NCBI GenBank assembly: GCA_902594855.1
Contig: CACJNS010000001.1
Coordinates: forward strand, 474,405-538,404
Reading direction: 5' to 3'
Origin: an uncultured SAR86 cluster bacterium
GTDB lineage: Bacteria; Pseudomonadota; Gammaproteobacteria; Magnimaribacterales; AG-339-G14
DNA length: 64,000 nt
The notes under the pieces are model-generated. The model saw nothing but the letters and a program-made list of their open reading frames with translations. It searched no databases and was not told where the DNA came from. The translations under genes were made by a program, and so were the position numbers. Within the stretch, counting starts at the first letter, position 1. Each line of letters begins with the position of its first letter. Below, in pieces: positions 23,593 through 33,725 of the stretch.

Positions 23593-24659
23593 TCGTCATC
23601 GTTGCGATGACGCTTTTGGCTTGCACTGACTCAGGCACCGAAGCAGCTGGCGCTTCCGATAATAAGGTCTACAAATGGCGTATGGTGACGACTTGGCCGA
23701 AAAATTATCCTGGCGTTGGTTTAGCTGCAGAGAATTTATCGCGTTACGTCGATGAGATGAGCAACGGGCGTTTACAGATTCAAGTTTACGGTAACGGTGA
23801 GCTGGTGCCTGCTTTAGAGGTATTCGATGCTGTCTCCCGAGGCAGCGTGCAACTGGGACACGGTGCTGCTTATTATTGGGTCGGAAAAGTACCTTCGGCG
23901 CAATTTTTTACCGCTCTTCCTTTTGGCATGAATGCCCAAGAGATGAATGCTTGGCTGCATTACGGCGGCGGCCTTGAGTTATGGCAAAAAGCCTATGCAC
24001 CTTATAACTTGCTGCCATTGACTGGCGGCAACACCGGGGTGCAGATGGCAGGGTGGTTTAACAAGGAAATTAATTCTCTGGAAGACATCAAAGGAGTGCG
24101 CATGCGTATTCCTGGATTGGCAGGAAAAGTCTTTACTCGAGCCGGCGGCGAATCGGTGTTGATGCCGGGCAGCGAAATTTTTACCAATTTACAAACCGGA
24201 GTCATCGATGCAGCGGAATGGATAGGACCCTACAACGATTTTACTTTTGGCCTCCATCAGGCAGCTAAATATTACTATTACCCCGGCTGGCATGAACCCG
24301 GTGCGGTGCTGGAAACCATTGTGAACAAGGAAGCATTTGAGTCACTGCCTACAGACTTACAGAGTATTTTGAAAGTCGCTGCCCGCGCCGTGAATCAAGA
24401 TATGCTCGATGAGTACACGGCCAGAAACAATCAAGCTCTGGAAACTTTGGTTAACGACCACGACGTGCAGCTGCGTAAACTGCCGGATGATGTTTTAAAA
24501 AAATTCAGAGAAATCACCGATGAGCTGGTGGATGAATTAGCCGCAGAAGACCCACTCTTTCGAGAAATTCGTGATTCCTTCACTGAGTTTCAAAAAAACG
24601 TGAGCAATTATCACGAGATCTCTGAAAAGGCTGTCTACGAAATGCGCGATTTAGATTAA
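23553..24659 (+). CDS. dctP: TRAP transporter substrate-binding protein (DctP-type, COG4663-like), probable lipoprotein
   Basis: 368 aa. A GGGAGG Shine-Dalgarno lies 6 nt upstream, inside the uvrD 3' end. The signal peptide has a lipobox (LLAC). The string YKWRMVTTWPKN...LQIQVYGNGELVPALEVFDAVSRGSVQLGH is typical of this SBP family. Confidence 0.85.
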   Translation: MAGSQLRKFGKSLIVIVAMTLLACTDSGTEAAGASDNKVYKWRMVTTWPKNYPGVGLAAENLSRYVDEMSNGRLQIQVYGNGELVPALEVFDAVSRGSVQLGHGAAYYWVGKVPSAQFFTALPFGMNAQEMNAWLHYGGGLELWQKAYAPYNLLPLTGGNTGVQMAGWFNKEINSLEDIKGVRMRIPGLAGKVFTRAGGESVLMPGSEIFTNLQTGVIDAAEWIGPYNDFTFGLHQAAKYYYYPGWHEPGAVLETIVNKEAFESLPTDLQSILKVAARAVNQDMLDEYTARNNQALETLVNDHDVQLRKLPDDVLKKFREITDELVDELAAEDPLFREIRDSFTEFQKNVSNYHEISEKAVYEMRDLD

Positions 24660-24940
24660 GCGTATTTTTTAACCAACCAAATCCCTATCGACGTCGAAAC
24701 CGTAAACCTCAATAGATAAAGAAATATCGCCGGTAAGGTATAGATGAATTCAATGTAAGCCTGAAAAAAACCGTTTAAACTTTTAAACCATTCGATCACA
24801 GGAAAAAAAACGTTTAGATAAACCTGCAGGTGCTCCTCAAAATTAATAGGCCCAGCGAAGAGGGCGTGCAGTGCAAAAAACAACAGATAAAAATCACCCC
24901 ATATTAAAAAATACCCCAAACCTTTTAAAAAATTAGTCAT
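24656..24940 (-). CDS. Small hydrophobic membrane protein
   Basis: 94 aa with 3 hydrophobic segments. It overlaps the dipeptidase stop by 8 nt on the same strand. Confidence 0.45.
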   Translation of the reverse strand: MTNFLKGLGYFLIWGDFYLLFFALHALFAGPINFEEHLQVYLNVFFPVIEWFKSLNGFFQAYIEFIYTLPAIFLYLLRFTVSTSIGIWLVKKYA

Positions 24941-26024
24941 CAGCCAAGCGTCTGACTTCTTTCCAAACTCTTAGAATATTGCCGTTCATTATTTTTTTGA
25001 TGTCTTCATCGGAATAGCCGCGCACTAAGAGCTCCTTGATGAATTGCGGGTAAGTTGACACGTCTTCAAGACCGACGGGTAATCTTGGGATGCCGTCGTA
25101 ATCTGAACCTATACCAATGTGGTCGATTCCAACCAAATCAACGACTCGGTCAACGTGGTCAACGACGTCGGCAATGGTGACTTTTAAGTCAGGATTATTT
25201 CTAACGTCACGGATAAAATAGTCGCCAAAATTCAGTTGCAAGACGCCACCGTTTTTAGCCAGGGCAATCATCATTTCATCGGAAACGTTACGTTCGAAGT
25301 CTGGTACAAAGTGTCTTAACGAGGAATGCGTGGCTACCGTCGGCGCACTCGATAATTCAAGGACTTGAAAGAAAGCTTCGTCGGAAACGTGAGAAATATC
25401 GATCATCATACCCAAACGGTTCATTTCTTTTACAACTTCAACCCCAAAAGGACTCAGCCCGTCCCATTGACGAGTTTCATCGTAAGAGGAATCAGAAATG
25501 TGATTACTTTTTGAATGCGTTAGGGTGATGTAACTGATGCCTTTATCGGCAAAATACTGAAGTCGTTCAAGTTTTCCTTCCAAGGGACCGCCGTTTTCCA
25601 TACCGTAAGCGATACCGACTTTTTTGTTAAAGGTACTTTTATCGATATCCTCTGGAGATCTTACAAAATAAAAAAAGCGCTCATTTTTCTCGATAATGGC
25701 ATTCATAAAATCAATCACCTTATTGGCGGTATCGAAAGCTACGCCGTTGGTTTCATCGACTGCTGGGACGTAAATAGCAAAGAAGGGCACGTTCAATCCG
25801 CCTTCAAGTGCTCTCGGTAAATCAAAGTGTATGCTGGTTCTTCGGGTGATATCTTCAAACGAGCCGGTATCCATTTGTTGTTTGTACAAACGGTAGGGCG
25901 TATCGATGTGCGTATCGATAATCGCATTTTCCAGACTCATCTCAATGGCCTTTCTTTCAAGCGATTGGTCACAACCTATTAATAAGATAAAGCTGATTAG
26001 TGCAATTAGACTTTTTACTTTCAT
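24933..26024 (-). CDS. Membrane (renal-type) dipeptidase, peptidase family M19, probable lipoprotein
   Basis: 363 aa with a signal peptide and lipobox (LLIGC). It has the HIDTP metal motif near the N-terminus, plus the ITLTHS, DISHVS and GIGSDYDG strings typical of M19. Confidence 0.85.
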   Translation of the reverse strand: MKVKSLIALISFILLIGCDQSLERKAIEMSLENAIIDTHIDTPYRLYKQQMDTGSFEDITRRTSIHFDLPRALEGGLNVPFFAIYVPAVDETNGVAFDTANKVIDFMNAIIEKNERFFYFVRSPEDIDKSTFNKKVGIAYGMENGGPLEGKLERLQYFADKGISYITLTHSKSNHISDSSYDETRQWDGLSPFGVEVVKEMNRLGMMIDISHVSDEAFFQVLELSSAPTVATHSSLRHFVPDFERNVSDEMMIALAKNGGVLQLNFGDYFIRDVRNNPDLKVTIADVVDHVDRVVDLVGIDHIGIGSDYDGIPRLPVGLEDVSTYPQFIKELLVRGYSDEDIKKIMNGNILRVWKEVRRLADD

Positions 26025-26028
26025 ACTT

Positions 26029-27381
26029 TTAACTATAAATGATTGACGGCAACTTAGTCACGATGTCTGGGAAGATAGCCATCAGGATCAACAAACCAAT
26101 TTGGATGGCAATGAAAGGAATCACTCCCTTGTAGATCGATTCTGTTGCAATACTCTCAGGCGCAATGCCACGCAAATAAAAGAGTGCAAACCCAAACGGT
26201 GGCGTTAAAAATGACGTTTGCAGATTAACCGCTAGCATAATACCAAGCCACAGCGGATCAGCACCCATTGCCATCAACACCGGTCCAACAATCGGCACCA
26301 CCACAAAGCTGATTTCGATGAAGTCTAAAATAAAACCAAGCAGGAAGACCATCACCATGACCAAGAGCATTGCGCCAAAAAGACCTCCGGGTATGGCATT
26401 AAAAATTTCATTGATGATTTCTTCGCCGCCCAAACCTCTAAACACGAGAGAAAAAATTGACGCCCCGATAAGAATGAGAAAAACCATGGTGGTAATAAAA
26501 GCGGTTTGACGAGTTGCTTCCTTGAGCACGCCACCGGAGAGCTTACCGCCGCTCCAAGCGATCAACATCGCCCCTAAAGCTCCAATACCGGCTGCTTCCG
26601 TTGGCGAGGCAATTCCGGAAATGATGGATCCCAATACAATAAAGATCAATGCAAAAGGCGGTAACAAAGATCGTATGAGTTTAGGAACTTCTAGGTCCTC
26701 TTTTTGATGGGATTGTCCGTCGGAACTGACTCTAACGAAAAGCACAAAGTAAATCGCATAAGCCACAACGAGTATTAGTCCGGGTACGATGGCCGCGATG
26801 AAGAGATCACCGACTGAAATTGTTTTTGCGGCAAAATTCCCAAGGCTTAACTGTGATTGTTGGTAGGCGCTCGACAGCACGTCTCCTAAAATGACCAAAG
26901 CAATGGACGGCGGAATAATTTGACCCAAAGTACCGGTCGCACAAATTAGTCCAGTGGATATTTCCTGCGGGTAACCGCGCTTCAACATGGCAGGCAAAGA
27001 AATCAACCCCATCGCGATGACCGTGGCGCCGACGATGCCGGTGCTCGCAGCAAGGAGAGCTCCAACGATGACCACCGACAAACCCAATCCGCTTTTCATT
27101 CGACCGAAGAGCTTTGCCATCGAGGTTAATAGATCTTCAGCAACTTTTGATTTCTCCATGATGACTCCCATGAAGATAAAGAGCGGCACCGCAATCAAGG
27201 TTGCGTTGGTCATAACACCGTACAAACGATTCGGGATAGTTTCTAAGAGGTATAAATCAAAACCCCCAAATAGAGAAACAATGGCAGCAAAAATTAGAGA
27301 AACGCCTGCCAGAGTAAAAGCGACCGGAAACCCAGCCAAAAGAATTAAGCAAACAAGCGCGAATAACAATAAAGGCAACAC
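26029..27381 (-). CDS. dctM: TRAP transporter large permease
   Basis: 450 aa, polytopic, glycine-rich helices typical of DctM. It sits immediately downstream of dctQ. Confidence 0.9.
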   Translation of the reverse strand: MLPLLLFALVCLILLAGFPVAFTLAGVSLIFAAIVSLFGGFDLYLLETIPNRLYGVMTNATLIAVPLFIFMGVIMEKSKVAEDLLTSMAKLFGRMKSGLGLSVVIVGALLAASTGIVGATVIAMGLISLPAMLKRGYPQEISTGLICATGTLGQIIPPSIALVILGDVLSSAYQQSQLSLGNFAAKTISVGDLFIAAIVPGLILVVAYAIYFVLFVRVSSDGQSHQKEDLEVPKLIRSLLPPFALIFIVLGSIISGIASPTEAAGIGALGAMLIAWSGGKLSGGVLKEATRQTAFITTMVFLILIGASIFSLVFRGLGGEEIINEIFNAIPGGLFGAMLLVMVMVFLLGFILDFIEISFVVVPIVGPVLMAMGADPLWLGIMLAVNLQTSFLTPPFGFALFYLRGIAPESIATESIYKGVIPFIAIQIGLLILMAIFPDIVTKLPSIIYS

Positions 27382-27885
27382 TTATCGATTCTCAAAATAT
27401 TTCAATATCATGGCAGCGCTTTGCATAATCAAAAGAATGGCAAAAACTAATAACATGGTTTTTAAAACGTAGACAATGGGTAAACCTCCTGGCTCTGGAG
27501 AAACTTCTCCAATTGACCAAGAAAAGCTAACGTAATCGATTGAGATAAGCAGGGTTAGCCATGCCATCGGTTGCACAAACAAAACCTGACCCAAAAAGTT
27601 AATTAACGCTTTGTGAGACTGACTCCAATTACGATAAAAGATATCGACGCGAACGTGCTCGTCTTCTCCCAGTGCGTAGGCTGCACATAATAAAAAGAGA
27701 GACCCGTGTAGATAGATGGTCATTTCTTGTAAAGAAATGATTCCAATGTTCAAAACGTAACGACAAAAAACCACGATTCCGGTCAAAAAAATCATCGCAA
27801 CGACAAACCAGGCTGAAAATTTGCCTATAGCTGTCGGTAAAAAGGTTAGTACCGATTGAGATAAATGGATTATTTTTTTGCTCAT
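27382..27885 (-). CDS. dctQ: TRAP transporter small permease
   Basis: 167 aa with 4 TM helices. Its stop abuts the dctM start. Confidence 0.8.
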   Translation of the reverse strand: MSKKIIHLSQSVLTFLPTAIGKFSAWFVVAMIFLTGIVVFCRYVLNIGIISLQEMTIYLHGSLFLLCAAYALGEDEHVRVDIFYRNWSQSHKALINFLGQVLFVQPMAWLTLLISIDYVSFSWSIGEVSPEPGGLPIVYVLKTMLLVFAILLIMQSAAMILKYFENR

Positions 27886-27912
27886 TTAGGTAATTTTGAT
27901 TAGAATTTTTTT

Positions 27913-28689
27913 GTGATTATTGTTCTTTCTCCAGCTAAAACATTGGATTACGAAACTCCAATGAACGGTATTGATTATACCGTTGCCAATCATTTAAGTA
28001 AGTCTGCTGAACTTATCAGGACTTTAAAGTCTTACGAGACCGAGGATATATCTAAATTAATGGGGTTAAGCAGCAATTTGGCGTTTTTGAATTTTGAGCG
28101 TTACCAAAGTTGGAAAAAGCCAACCAAGCCAAATGCGGATGCCCGTCAAGCAGTGTTCGCTTTCCAAGGGGATGTTTATCAAGGTTTAGAAGCTGCAACC
28201 ATGAAAAAAGGCGATCTTAAATTTGCCCAAAAACATTTGAGAATTCTCTCCGGTCTTTACGGAGTGCTGAAACCTCTAGATTTAATGGCGCCGTATCGTT
28301 TAGAAATGGGCACCAAGCTGGCTACGAAAAAGCACGATGACTTGTATGGTTTCTGGAAAGACACTCTCACTGCGGATATCAATGCCCAATTAGCGGAGCA
28401 AAAAGATTCAACACTAATTAACCTAGCTTCCAATGAATACTTTAATGCCTTGAATAAAGAAGACATCGCTGGTGACATCGTCAGCCCAGTTTTTAAAGAT
28501 TTCAAAAACGGTGATTACAAGATCATCAGCTTCTTTGCCAAAAAAGCCAGAGGGATGATGGCTAGATACATCATTGATAATAAAGTTACCAATCCTGACG
28601 GATTAGCTACTTTTAATTACGGTGGTTATAAGTTCAACGCGAAGCTTTCTCAAGACAACGCGCCAACTTTTACTCGAAAAACGTCTTAA
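27913..28689 (+). CDS. yaaA: Peroxide stress protein YaaA (UPF0246)
   Basis: 258 aa with a GTG start. The N-terminus MIIVLSPAKTLDYE matches E. coli YaaA MLILISPAKTLDYQ. Confidence 0.9.
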   Translation: MIIVLSPAKTLDYETPMNGIDYTVANHLSKSAELIRTLKSYETEDISKLMGLSSNLAFLNFERYQSWKKPTKPNADARQAVFAFQGDVYQGLEAATMKKGDLKFAQKHLRILSGLYGVLKPLDLMAPYRLEMGTKLATKKHDDLYGFWKDTLTADINAQLAEQKDSTLINLASNEYFNALNKEDIAGDIVSPVFKDFKNGDYKIISFFAKKARGMMARYIIDNKVTNPDGLATFNYGGYKFNAKLSQDNAPTFTRKTS

Positions 28690-29543
28690 CTTCCTGTTTC
28701 GTCATATTTTTTGACAGCGACCATTTTCTCAAAAGAGGTTTCTCTTTTTTCCATTTTCGCTTGCATGGCTTCACCCATGTCTTTGGAACTCAACATAGCT
28801 CCACTCCAAAGAGCATTGTATTCCAAGCCATCTTTCACAGTATGATCGCGAGAGTAATTCAGAACTTCTTTAAGTCCGTAAATAGCAACAGGAGATTTAC
28901 TGGCGATCTCTTTAGCCATGGCATCTGCAGCTTCGAGCATGGCTTCGTGTGAATCGTAAACTTCATTCACTAAACCGCATTCTTTTGCTTCCTCAGCCAT
29001 CATCCTTCTGCCGGTGTAAGCAAGATCTCGAACTTTTCCTTCTGGGATTAAGCGAGGCAGTCTTTGGAGAGTTCCAACGTCAGCTGCCATACCAATATTG
29101 ATTTCTTGAATACAGAAAAAAGCTTCTTTTGTGCACAGTCTTATATCACAAGCCGTAACCATATCTAGAGCTCCGCCAATACAACCGCCTTGTATGGCAG
29201 CGATTACAGGTGCTCTGATGGTTTCAATGTTTGTGATGTAACCTTGCAGTTCTTTAGCAACTCGATACATGACTTCACCAACCCTTGCATGATCAGGTTT
29301 CTTTTCAGGCGATATGTTCTCAACTCCGTTATTGAAGTTAGCTAAGTCCATGCCGGCACAGAAGTGCTTTCCAGTTGAAGACATGACAACTGCCCTTAAG
29401 TCAGGATCACGATTTATTTCATTCAATATTTCTGGTAACTCAATCCAGAATTTTTTAGTCATAGTGTTAAACGATTCCCCTCTACAGAGAGTCATGTTTG
29501 CGACGTGACCGTCTTTTTCTAAAGTAAAACTTTCATAACTCAT
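28686..29543 (-). CDS. Enoyl-CoA hydratase/isomerase (crotonase) family protein, dienoyl-CoA-isomerase-like
   Basis: 285 aa with the crotonase oxyanion motifs FCAGMDL and GGCIGGALD. Confidence 0.85.
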   Translation of the reverse strand: MSYESFTLEKDGHVANMTLCRGESFNTMTKKFWIELPEILNEINRDPDLRAVVMSSTGKHFCAGMDLANFNNGVENISPEKKPDHARVGEVMYRVAKELQGYITNIETIRAPVIAAIQGGCIGGALDMVTACDIRLCTKEAFFCIQEINIGMAADVGTLQRLPRLIPEGKVRDLAYTGRRMMAEEAKECGLVNEVYDSHEAMLEAADAMAKEIASKSPVAIYGLKEVLNYSRDHTVKDGLEYNALWSGAMLSSKDMGEAMQAKMEKRETSFEKMVAVKKYDETGS

Positions 29544-29767
29544 TACGAACCTCCGTTTTCAAGTTTTGCAATAGCGCCTGCTGCAATGCCTTCGAGTTCT
29601 TCGATTAATTCAAACTCTTTGTGATGCGGCAGAACTACTTTTCTGTTTTTCCCTATTCTTTTAAGTCCTGATGCTATATCTTTTAAGTCACCTAGAACGT
29701 CGTTTGTATTTTCCATAATGTGCAAATTCAAAAGACCATTGTAAAGTAATAATTTATTGGAAAACAA
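29543..29767 (-). CDS. Small hypothetical protein
   Basis: 74-aa ORF (possibly 57 aa from the internal MENTND). Its stop overlaps the start of the crotonase gene. Confidence 0.4.
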   Translation of the reverse strand: MFSNKLLLYNGLLNLHIMENTNDVLGDLKDIASGLKRIGKNRKVVLPHHKEFELIEELEGIAAGAIAKLENGGS

Positions 29768-29773
29768 TTTTTA

Positions 29774-30586
29774 ATGGATAAAGAAACCGTCAATAGCCTA
29801 GTTTCAGAAGCTCAGCACATTGCTGAGAATGCTGGAAATCTAATTATGACCTTTTTTGATGAATTAGCTGAAGAAGAGGTGGAATACAAAGCTGATCAAT
29901 CTCCGGTTACCTTAGCCGATAAAGCAGCTAACAAACAAATCGTCGATGAATTAATCAATTTAGACGACTCTATTCCTATTATCTCAGAGGAAGGTTTAGC
30001 ACAAAATCTAGATAACGCTGATATCTTTTGGCTGGTGGATCCTTTGGATGGAACCAAAGAATTTATTAACGGATCACAAGAGTTTACCGTCAATATTGCT
30101 CTTATTAATGAAGGTGAGCCAGTTCTGGGTGTTATTCATCAACCGCCAGCTAATATCACGACATTTGGTAGCCAAGAGTCCGGTGCTTTTATTGCTGGAG
30201 ACGATGAAGAGTTATCCACCAGCACACCAGAGAACTCATGCATGCTTGCCGTTAGCAAACGCCATAGCTCGGGAGAAGAAACTAAATTTGCCTTGTTTCT
30301 TCAGGATAAATTTGAAGAAATGAGGACCATTGGTCTTGGATCTTCATTGAAATTTAATGCCATTTCTCAAGGTTCAGCGCATATATATTCCCGATTTGGC
30401 AGGACTTTTCAGTGGGATATTGCTGCTGGGCACGCTATTTTAAGATCAGCAGGAGGTGAAGTAGTGGATTTACACGGAAAGCCAATTTCTTACAAAAATG
30501 ACTCGAATCAGCCAATAAATGGATTTTTTGCCGTTTCTGATATAGACTATTGGAAGAGAATCATCAACGAATTCAATAGCTTATAA
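29774..30586 (+). CDS. cysQ: 3'(2'),5'-bisphosphate nucleotidase (inositol monophosphatase family)
   Basis: 270 aa with WLVDPLDGTKEFI and WDIAAGHAIL motifs. Confidence 0.85.
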   Translation: MDKETVNSLVSEAQHIAENAGNLIMTFFDELAEEEVEYKADQSPVTLADKAANKQIVDELINLDDSIPIISEEGLAQNLDNADIFWLVDPLDGTKEFINGSQEFTVNIALINEGEPVLGVIHQPPANITTFGSQESGAFIAGDDEELSTSTPENSCMLAVSKRHSSGEETKFALFLQDKFEEMRTIGLGSSLKFNAISQGSAHIYSRFGRTFQWDIAAGHAILRSAGGEVVDLHGKPISYKNDSNQPINGFFAVSDIDYWKRIINEFNSL

Positions 30587-30656
30587 AACTTATATCTTTA
30601 TTCTAATTATTAATATTTTGTCATTTTCACAAAATAGGAGTTAAAATTCCGCACCT

Positions 30657-31511
30657 ATGGGCAAAGAATTGCAACCAATGGACATTTCAGCACCAGGTCA
30701 GAACCTGGAGGCCTACCTTAATTCCATTCAAAACATAGCTATTCTCTCACCAGAAGAGGAGCGTAAATTAGCAGAAGATCTTTACTACAGAGAAGATTTA
30801 GAAGCTGCGAGGCAACTCGTAATGGCTCATTTAAGGTTTGTCGTGCACATCGCTAGAGGCTATTCAGGGTATGGATTACCTCAAGCAGACCTCATTCAAG
30901 AAGGTAACGTTGGCTTGATGAAAGCCGTTCGAAAGTTCAATCCTGAGGTGGGCGTTAGATTGATTTCATTTGCTGTGCATTGGATTAAATCGGAAATACA
31001 CGAATACGTTTTAAAAAATTGGAAAATAGTTAAGGTAGCCACCACCAAAGCTCAGAGAAAATTATTTTTTAATTTAAGAAACAAAAAGAAAGACATCACT
31101 TGGTTAAGTGAAGACGATGTCAAAATGATATCCAACGAGCTCGACGTTAAGGAAGATACGGTGCGGGAGATGGAGCAAAGAATGTCATCTTATGACGTCT
31201 CTTTTGATCCCTACTCAGCCGACGATAGTGAAGAGGGGAATACTTACAGTCCGGCTGATTACTTAACAAACGAAGACTCGGATCCAATGGAAATCGTTGA
31301 GAAAGAAGATTTTGCTAGAGATCAAATCAATCAACTGCAAAGCGCAATCTCTGACTTAGATGAGAGAAGCCAATTGATACTTAAAGAACGTTGGTTAACC
31401 GATGACAAGCCTACTCTTCATGAGTTGGCTGACAAGCATGGAATCAGCGCTGAACGAATTCGCCAAATTGAAAAGAAAGCCATGGAAAAGATCAGAACTA
31501 ATATAAACTGA
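30657..31511 (+). CDS. rpoH: RNA polymerase sigma-32 (heat-shock sigma factor)
   Basis: 284 aa with the RpoH box QRKLFFNLR. The strings LRFVVHIARGY and LIQEGNVGLMKAVRKF align with E. coli RpoH. Confidence 0.95.
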   Translation: MGKELQPMDISAPGQNLEAYLNSIQNIAILSPEEERKLAEDLYYREDLEAARQLVMAHLRFVVHIARGYSGYGLPQADLIQEGNVGLMKAVRKFNPEVGVRLISFAVHWIKSEIHEYVLKNWKIVKVATTKAQRKLFFNLRNKKKDITWLSEDDVKMISNELDVKEDTVREMEQRMSSYDVSFDPYSADDSEEGNTYSPADYLTNEDSDPMEIVEKEDFARDQINQLQSAISDLDERSQLILKERWLTDDKPTLHELADKHGISAERIRQIEKKAMEKIRTNIN

Positions 31512-31519
31512 TCTTATTC

Positions 31520-31729
31520 ATGAAAGACATTCAAGTTAGCATTAACGCCGAATCAAAAAAAATTCCCGAAAACCTCAATATTCCTCAGCTGCTTAACTTT
31601 TTAGAGCTCAAAGATGATTTGCTTGTGGTTGAACTTAACGAGGAAGTGGTTATGCGGGCAGATTGGGAGACGACAACAGTTGGAGAAGGCGACAAACTAG
31701 AAATAGTCAAAGCCATTGGAGGAGGGTAA
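31520..31729 (+). CDS. thiS: Sulfur-carrier protein ThiS
   Basis: 69 aa, ends in GGG. Its stop overlaps the thiG start (TAATG). Confidence 0.85.
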   Translation: MKDIQVSINAESKKIPENLNIPQLLNFLELKDDLLVVELNEEVVMRADWETTTVGEGDKLEIVKAIGGG

Positions 31730-32511
31730 TGTCCGATTCATTCAGAATTGGAGTTCGTGAATTTCAGTCTCGCCTCATGGTTGGTACAGGAAAATACGCC
31801 AACGACCAATTGGCAATTGACGCTATCAGAGAATCCGGAGCGGATATCGTCACCATGGCGATCCGCAGAGTAAACCTAGGTCAAAATAAAGATGAGAGTA
31901 ATATTCTCGAACTGATCTCGCCAGATGAATTTACAATCTTGCCAAACACTGCAGGATGTTACACGGCAGACGAGTCGGTTAGAACGTGTAAATTAGCGCG
32001 TGAGTTATTAGGCGGCCACAGCTTGGTTAAGTTAGAAGTCATTGGCGATAAAAATACTTTACTGCCTGATATGCCAGAAACATTAAAAGCAGCAAAGGAT
32101 CTTGTTAAAGAAGGCTTCGAGGTGATGGTTTATTGTACCGATGATTTTGATTACGCAGTTGCCTTAGAAGATGCTGGTTGCGTTGCAGTGATGCCTTTAG
32201 CGGCTCCTATAGGATCTGGAAGAGGAATAGAGAACCCACAGGCAATTGAATCAATTGTTAAAAGAATTCAAGTCCCGGTGATTGTTGATGCTGGCATTGG
32301 AACTGCTTCAGATGCAACTTTGGCAATGGAGTTAGGTTGCGACGGAGTCCTATTGAATACAGCGATTGCAGGAGCACAAAATCCAGTTTTAATGGCAGCT
32401 GCAATGCGACAAGCAGTTAAAGCGGGTAGGTCTGCGTATCTTGCTGGCCGCATGCCTAAATCTGATCAGGCCGTTGCCAGTTCACCCACGGAAGGAGTTA
32501 TTAACTCTTGA
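31729..32511 (+). CDS. thiG: Thiazole synthase
   Basis: The start is taken at the ATG that overlaps the thiS stop ([23 protein letters not shown]). It has the ThiG strings VTMAIRR, LPNTAGC and [10 protein letters not shown]. Confidence 0.93.
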   Translation: MSDSFRIGVREFQSRLMVGTGKYANDQLAIDAIRESGADIVTMAIRRVNLGQNKDESNILELISPDEFTILPNTAGCYTADESVRTCKLARELLGGHSLVKLEVIGDKNTLLPDMPETLKAAKDLVKEGFEVMVYCTDDFDYAVALEDAGCVAVMPLAAPIGSGRGIENPQAIESIVKRIQVPVIVDAGIGTASDATLAMELGCDGVLLNTAIAGAQNPVLMAAAMRQAVKAGRSAYLAGRMPKSDQAVASSPTEGVINS

Positions 32512-33155
32512 GATCTATAAGAAGCTTTGCTAAAGCAAGGTCAAGACTCTCTGCTAATCATAAAAAAATTTTAAACCAAGAGAATGATTTCCTTTTTTCG
32601 GCGAACACCAAGTCAGCTTTTGAAGAAACATTAAGAACTGCTGAGAATAAGATCCTTGAAATTGGTTTTGGCGAAGGAGATTCTCTTTTCGAAATGGCTG
32701 TAAACAATCCAGATCTCAACTTTTTTGGTATAGAAGTTTACGAAACCGGCGTTGCAAGAACTTGTTCAAAAATAGAGGAGTCTGATATTAGAAATTTAAA
32801 AATATACTTAGGTGATGTTGTCGACTTAATGCTGGATAAAGATATCGAGACAACATTTGACTTGCTGATATTTCTATTTCCTGATCCCTGGCATAAAAGA
32901 AAACATAATAAAAGACGCCTTTTAAGTTCAGATAATTTAAACAAATTTCGAAGTTATCTTTCTAAAGAGGGATTTATTTTTTTTCGTACTGACTGGCAAG
33001 AATACGCAGATTCCGTCAAAAAAATTTGTATTGACCAGAAAGTAGAATTTCAAGATTTAGAAAAGTTATCTCTTCTTAACCAGCTGACCCTTACTAAATA
33101 CCAAAGAAAGGGAATTGAAGCAGGCAGATCGATTTCATCATTTCTCTTTAAGTAA
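32508..33155 (+). CDS. trmB: tRNA (guanine-N7)-methyltransferase
   Basis: 215 aa with a TTG start overlapping the thiG stop. It has EIGFGEG and the [14 protein letters not shown] motif. Confidence 0.9.
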   Translation: MRSIRSFAKARSRLSANHKKILNQENDFLFSANTKSAFEETLRTAENKILEIGFGEGDSLFEMAVNNPDLNFFGIEVYETGVARTCSKIEESDIRNLKIYLGDVVDLMLDKDIETTFDLLIFLFPDPWHKRKHNKRRLLSSDNLNKFRSYLSKEGFIFFRTDWQEYADSVKKICIDQKVEFQDLEKLSLLNQLTLTKYQRKGIEAGRSISSFLFK

Positions 33156-33725
33156 TTTATTCAAAAGAATCTTAGTTGCTTTAGCTCTATGACTATTTTT
33201 ATTCTTATAATCTTTGCCTAATTCAGCAAGGGTTTTATTTTCATCGGAGATAAAAAAAATTGGATCATAGCCAAAACCATCTTTACCTTGAGGGTCGCTA
33301 GCTATCTCACCTTCAAGCCTCCCCTCTGCTGATAAGGGATCTTCATTTGAATTGGGATCAAAGAACACCAGACAGGCCACAAAGGCAGCATTTCTTTGCG
33401 TTTCATTTTCCAGAGATTCTAATAATTTTAAATTGTTATCAGCATCGCTTGAGTTTTCCCCAGCATAACGAGCAGATTTAATTCCTGGAGCACCATTTAA
33501 ATAGTCAACGCAAAGACCTGAGTCATCAGCTATAGCGGGATATCCCGAAATAGTTGCAGCATGCTTTGCTTTGATCAGCGCGTTCTCATAGAAAGTAGCG
33601 CCGTCTTCGATGGGACTATCAATGCCTAGATCTTGTAAAGAATAAAACTGCCAATTTAAAGGCGCTAACAAGGTTTCAAATTCTTTTAGTTTTCCTTGAT
33701 TGGAGGTTGCTATGACAACTTTCAA
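33138..33725 (-). CDS. rdgB: dITP/XTP pyrophosphatase (HAM1/RdgB)
   Basis: 195 aa with ATSNQGKLKEF, DDSGLCVD and FGYDPIF motifs. Confidence 0.9.
   Translation of the reverse strand: MKVVIATSNQGKLKEFETLLAPLNWQFYSLQDLGIDSPIEDGATFYENALIKAKHAATISGYPAIADDSGLCVDYLNGAPGIKSARYAGENSSDADNNLKLLESLENETQRNAAFVACLVFFDPNSNEDPLSAEGRLEGEIASDPQGKDGFGYDPIFFISDENKTLAELGKDYKNKNSHRAKATKILLNKLLKEK

Noticed and set aside
26987-27472. 161-aa plus-strand ORF antisense to dctM/dctQ
   Set aside because: It is antisense to two well-supported permease genes. Its Ala/Pro/Lys/Thr-rich product is typical of an antisense reading of membrane-protein genes.
31663-31728. N-terminal 22-codon extension of thiG overlapping thiS
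   Set aside because: The extension ([22 protein letters not shown]) is not ThiG-like. The ATG at 31729 overlapping the thiS stop gives the canonical ThiG N-terminus.
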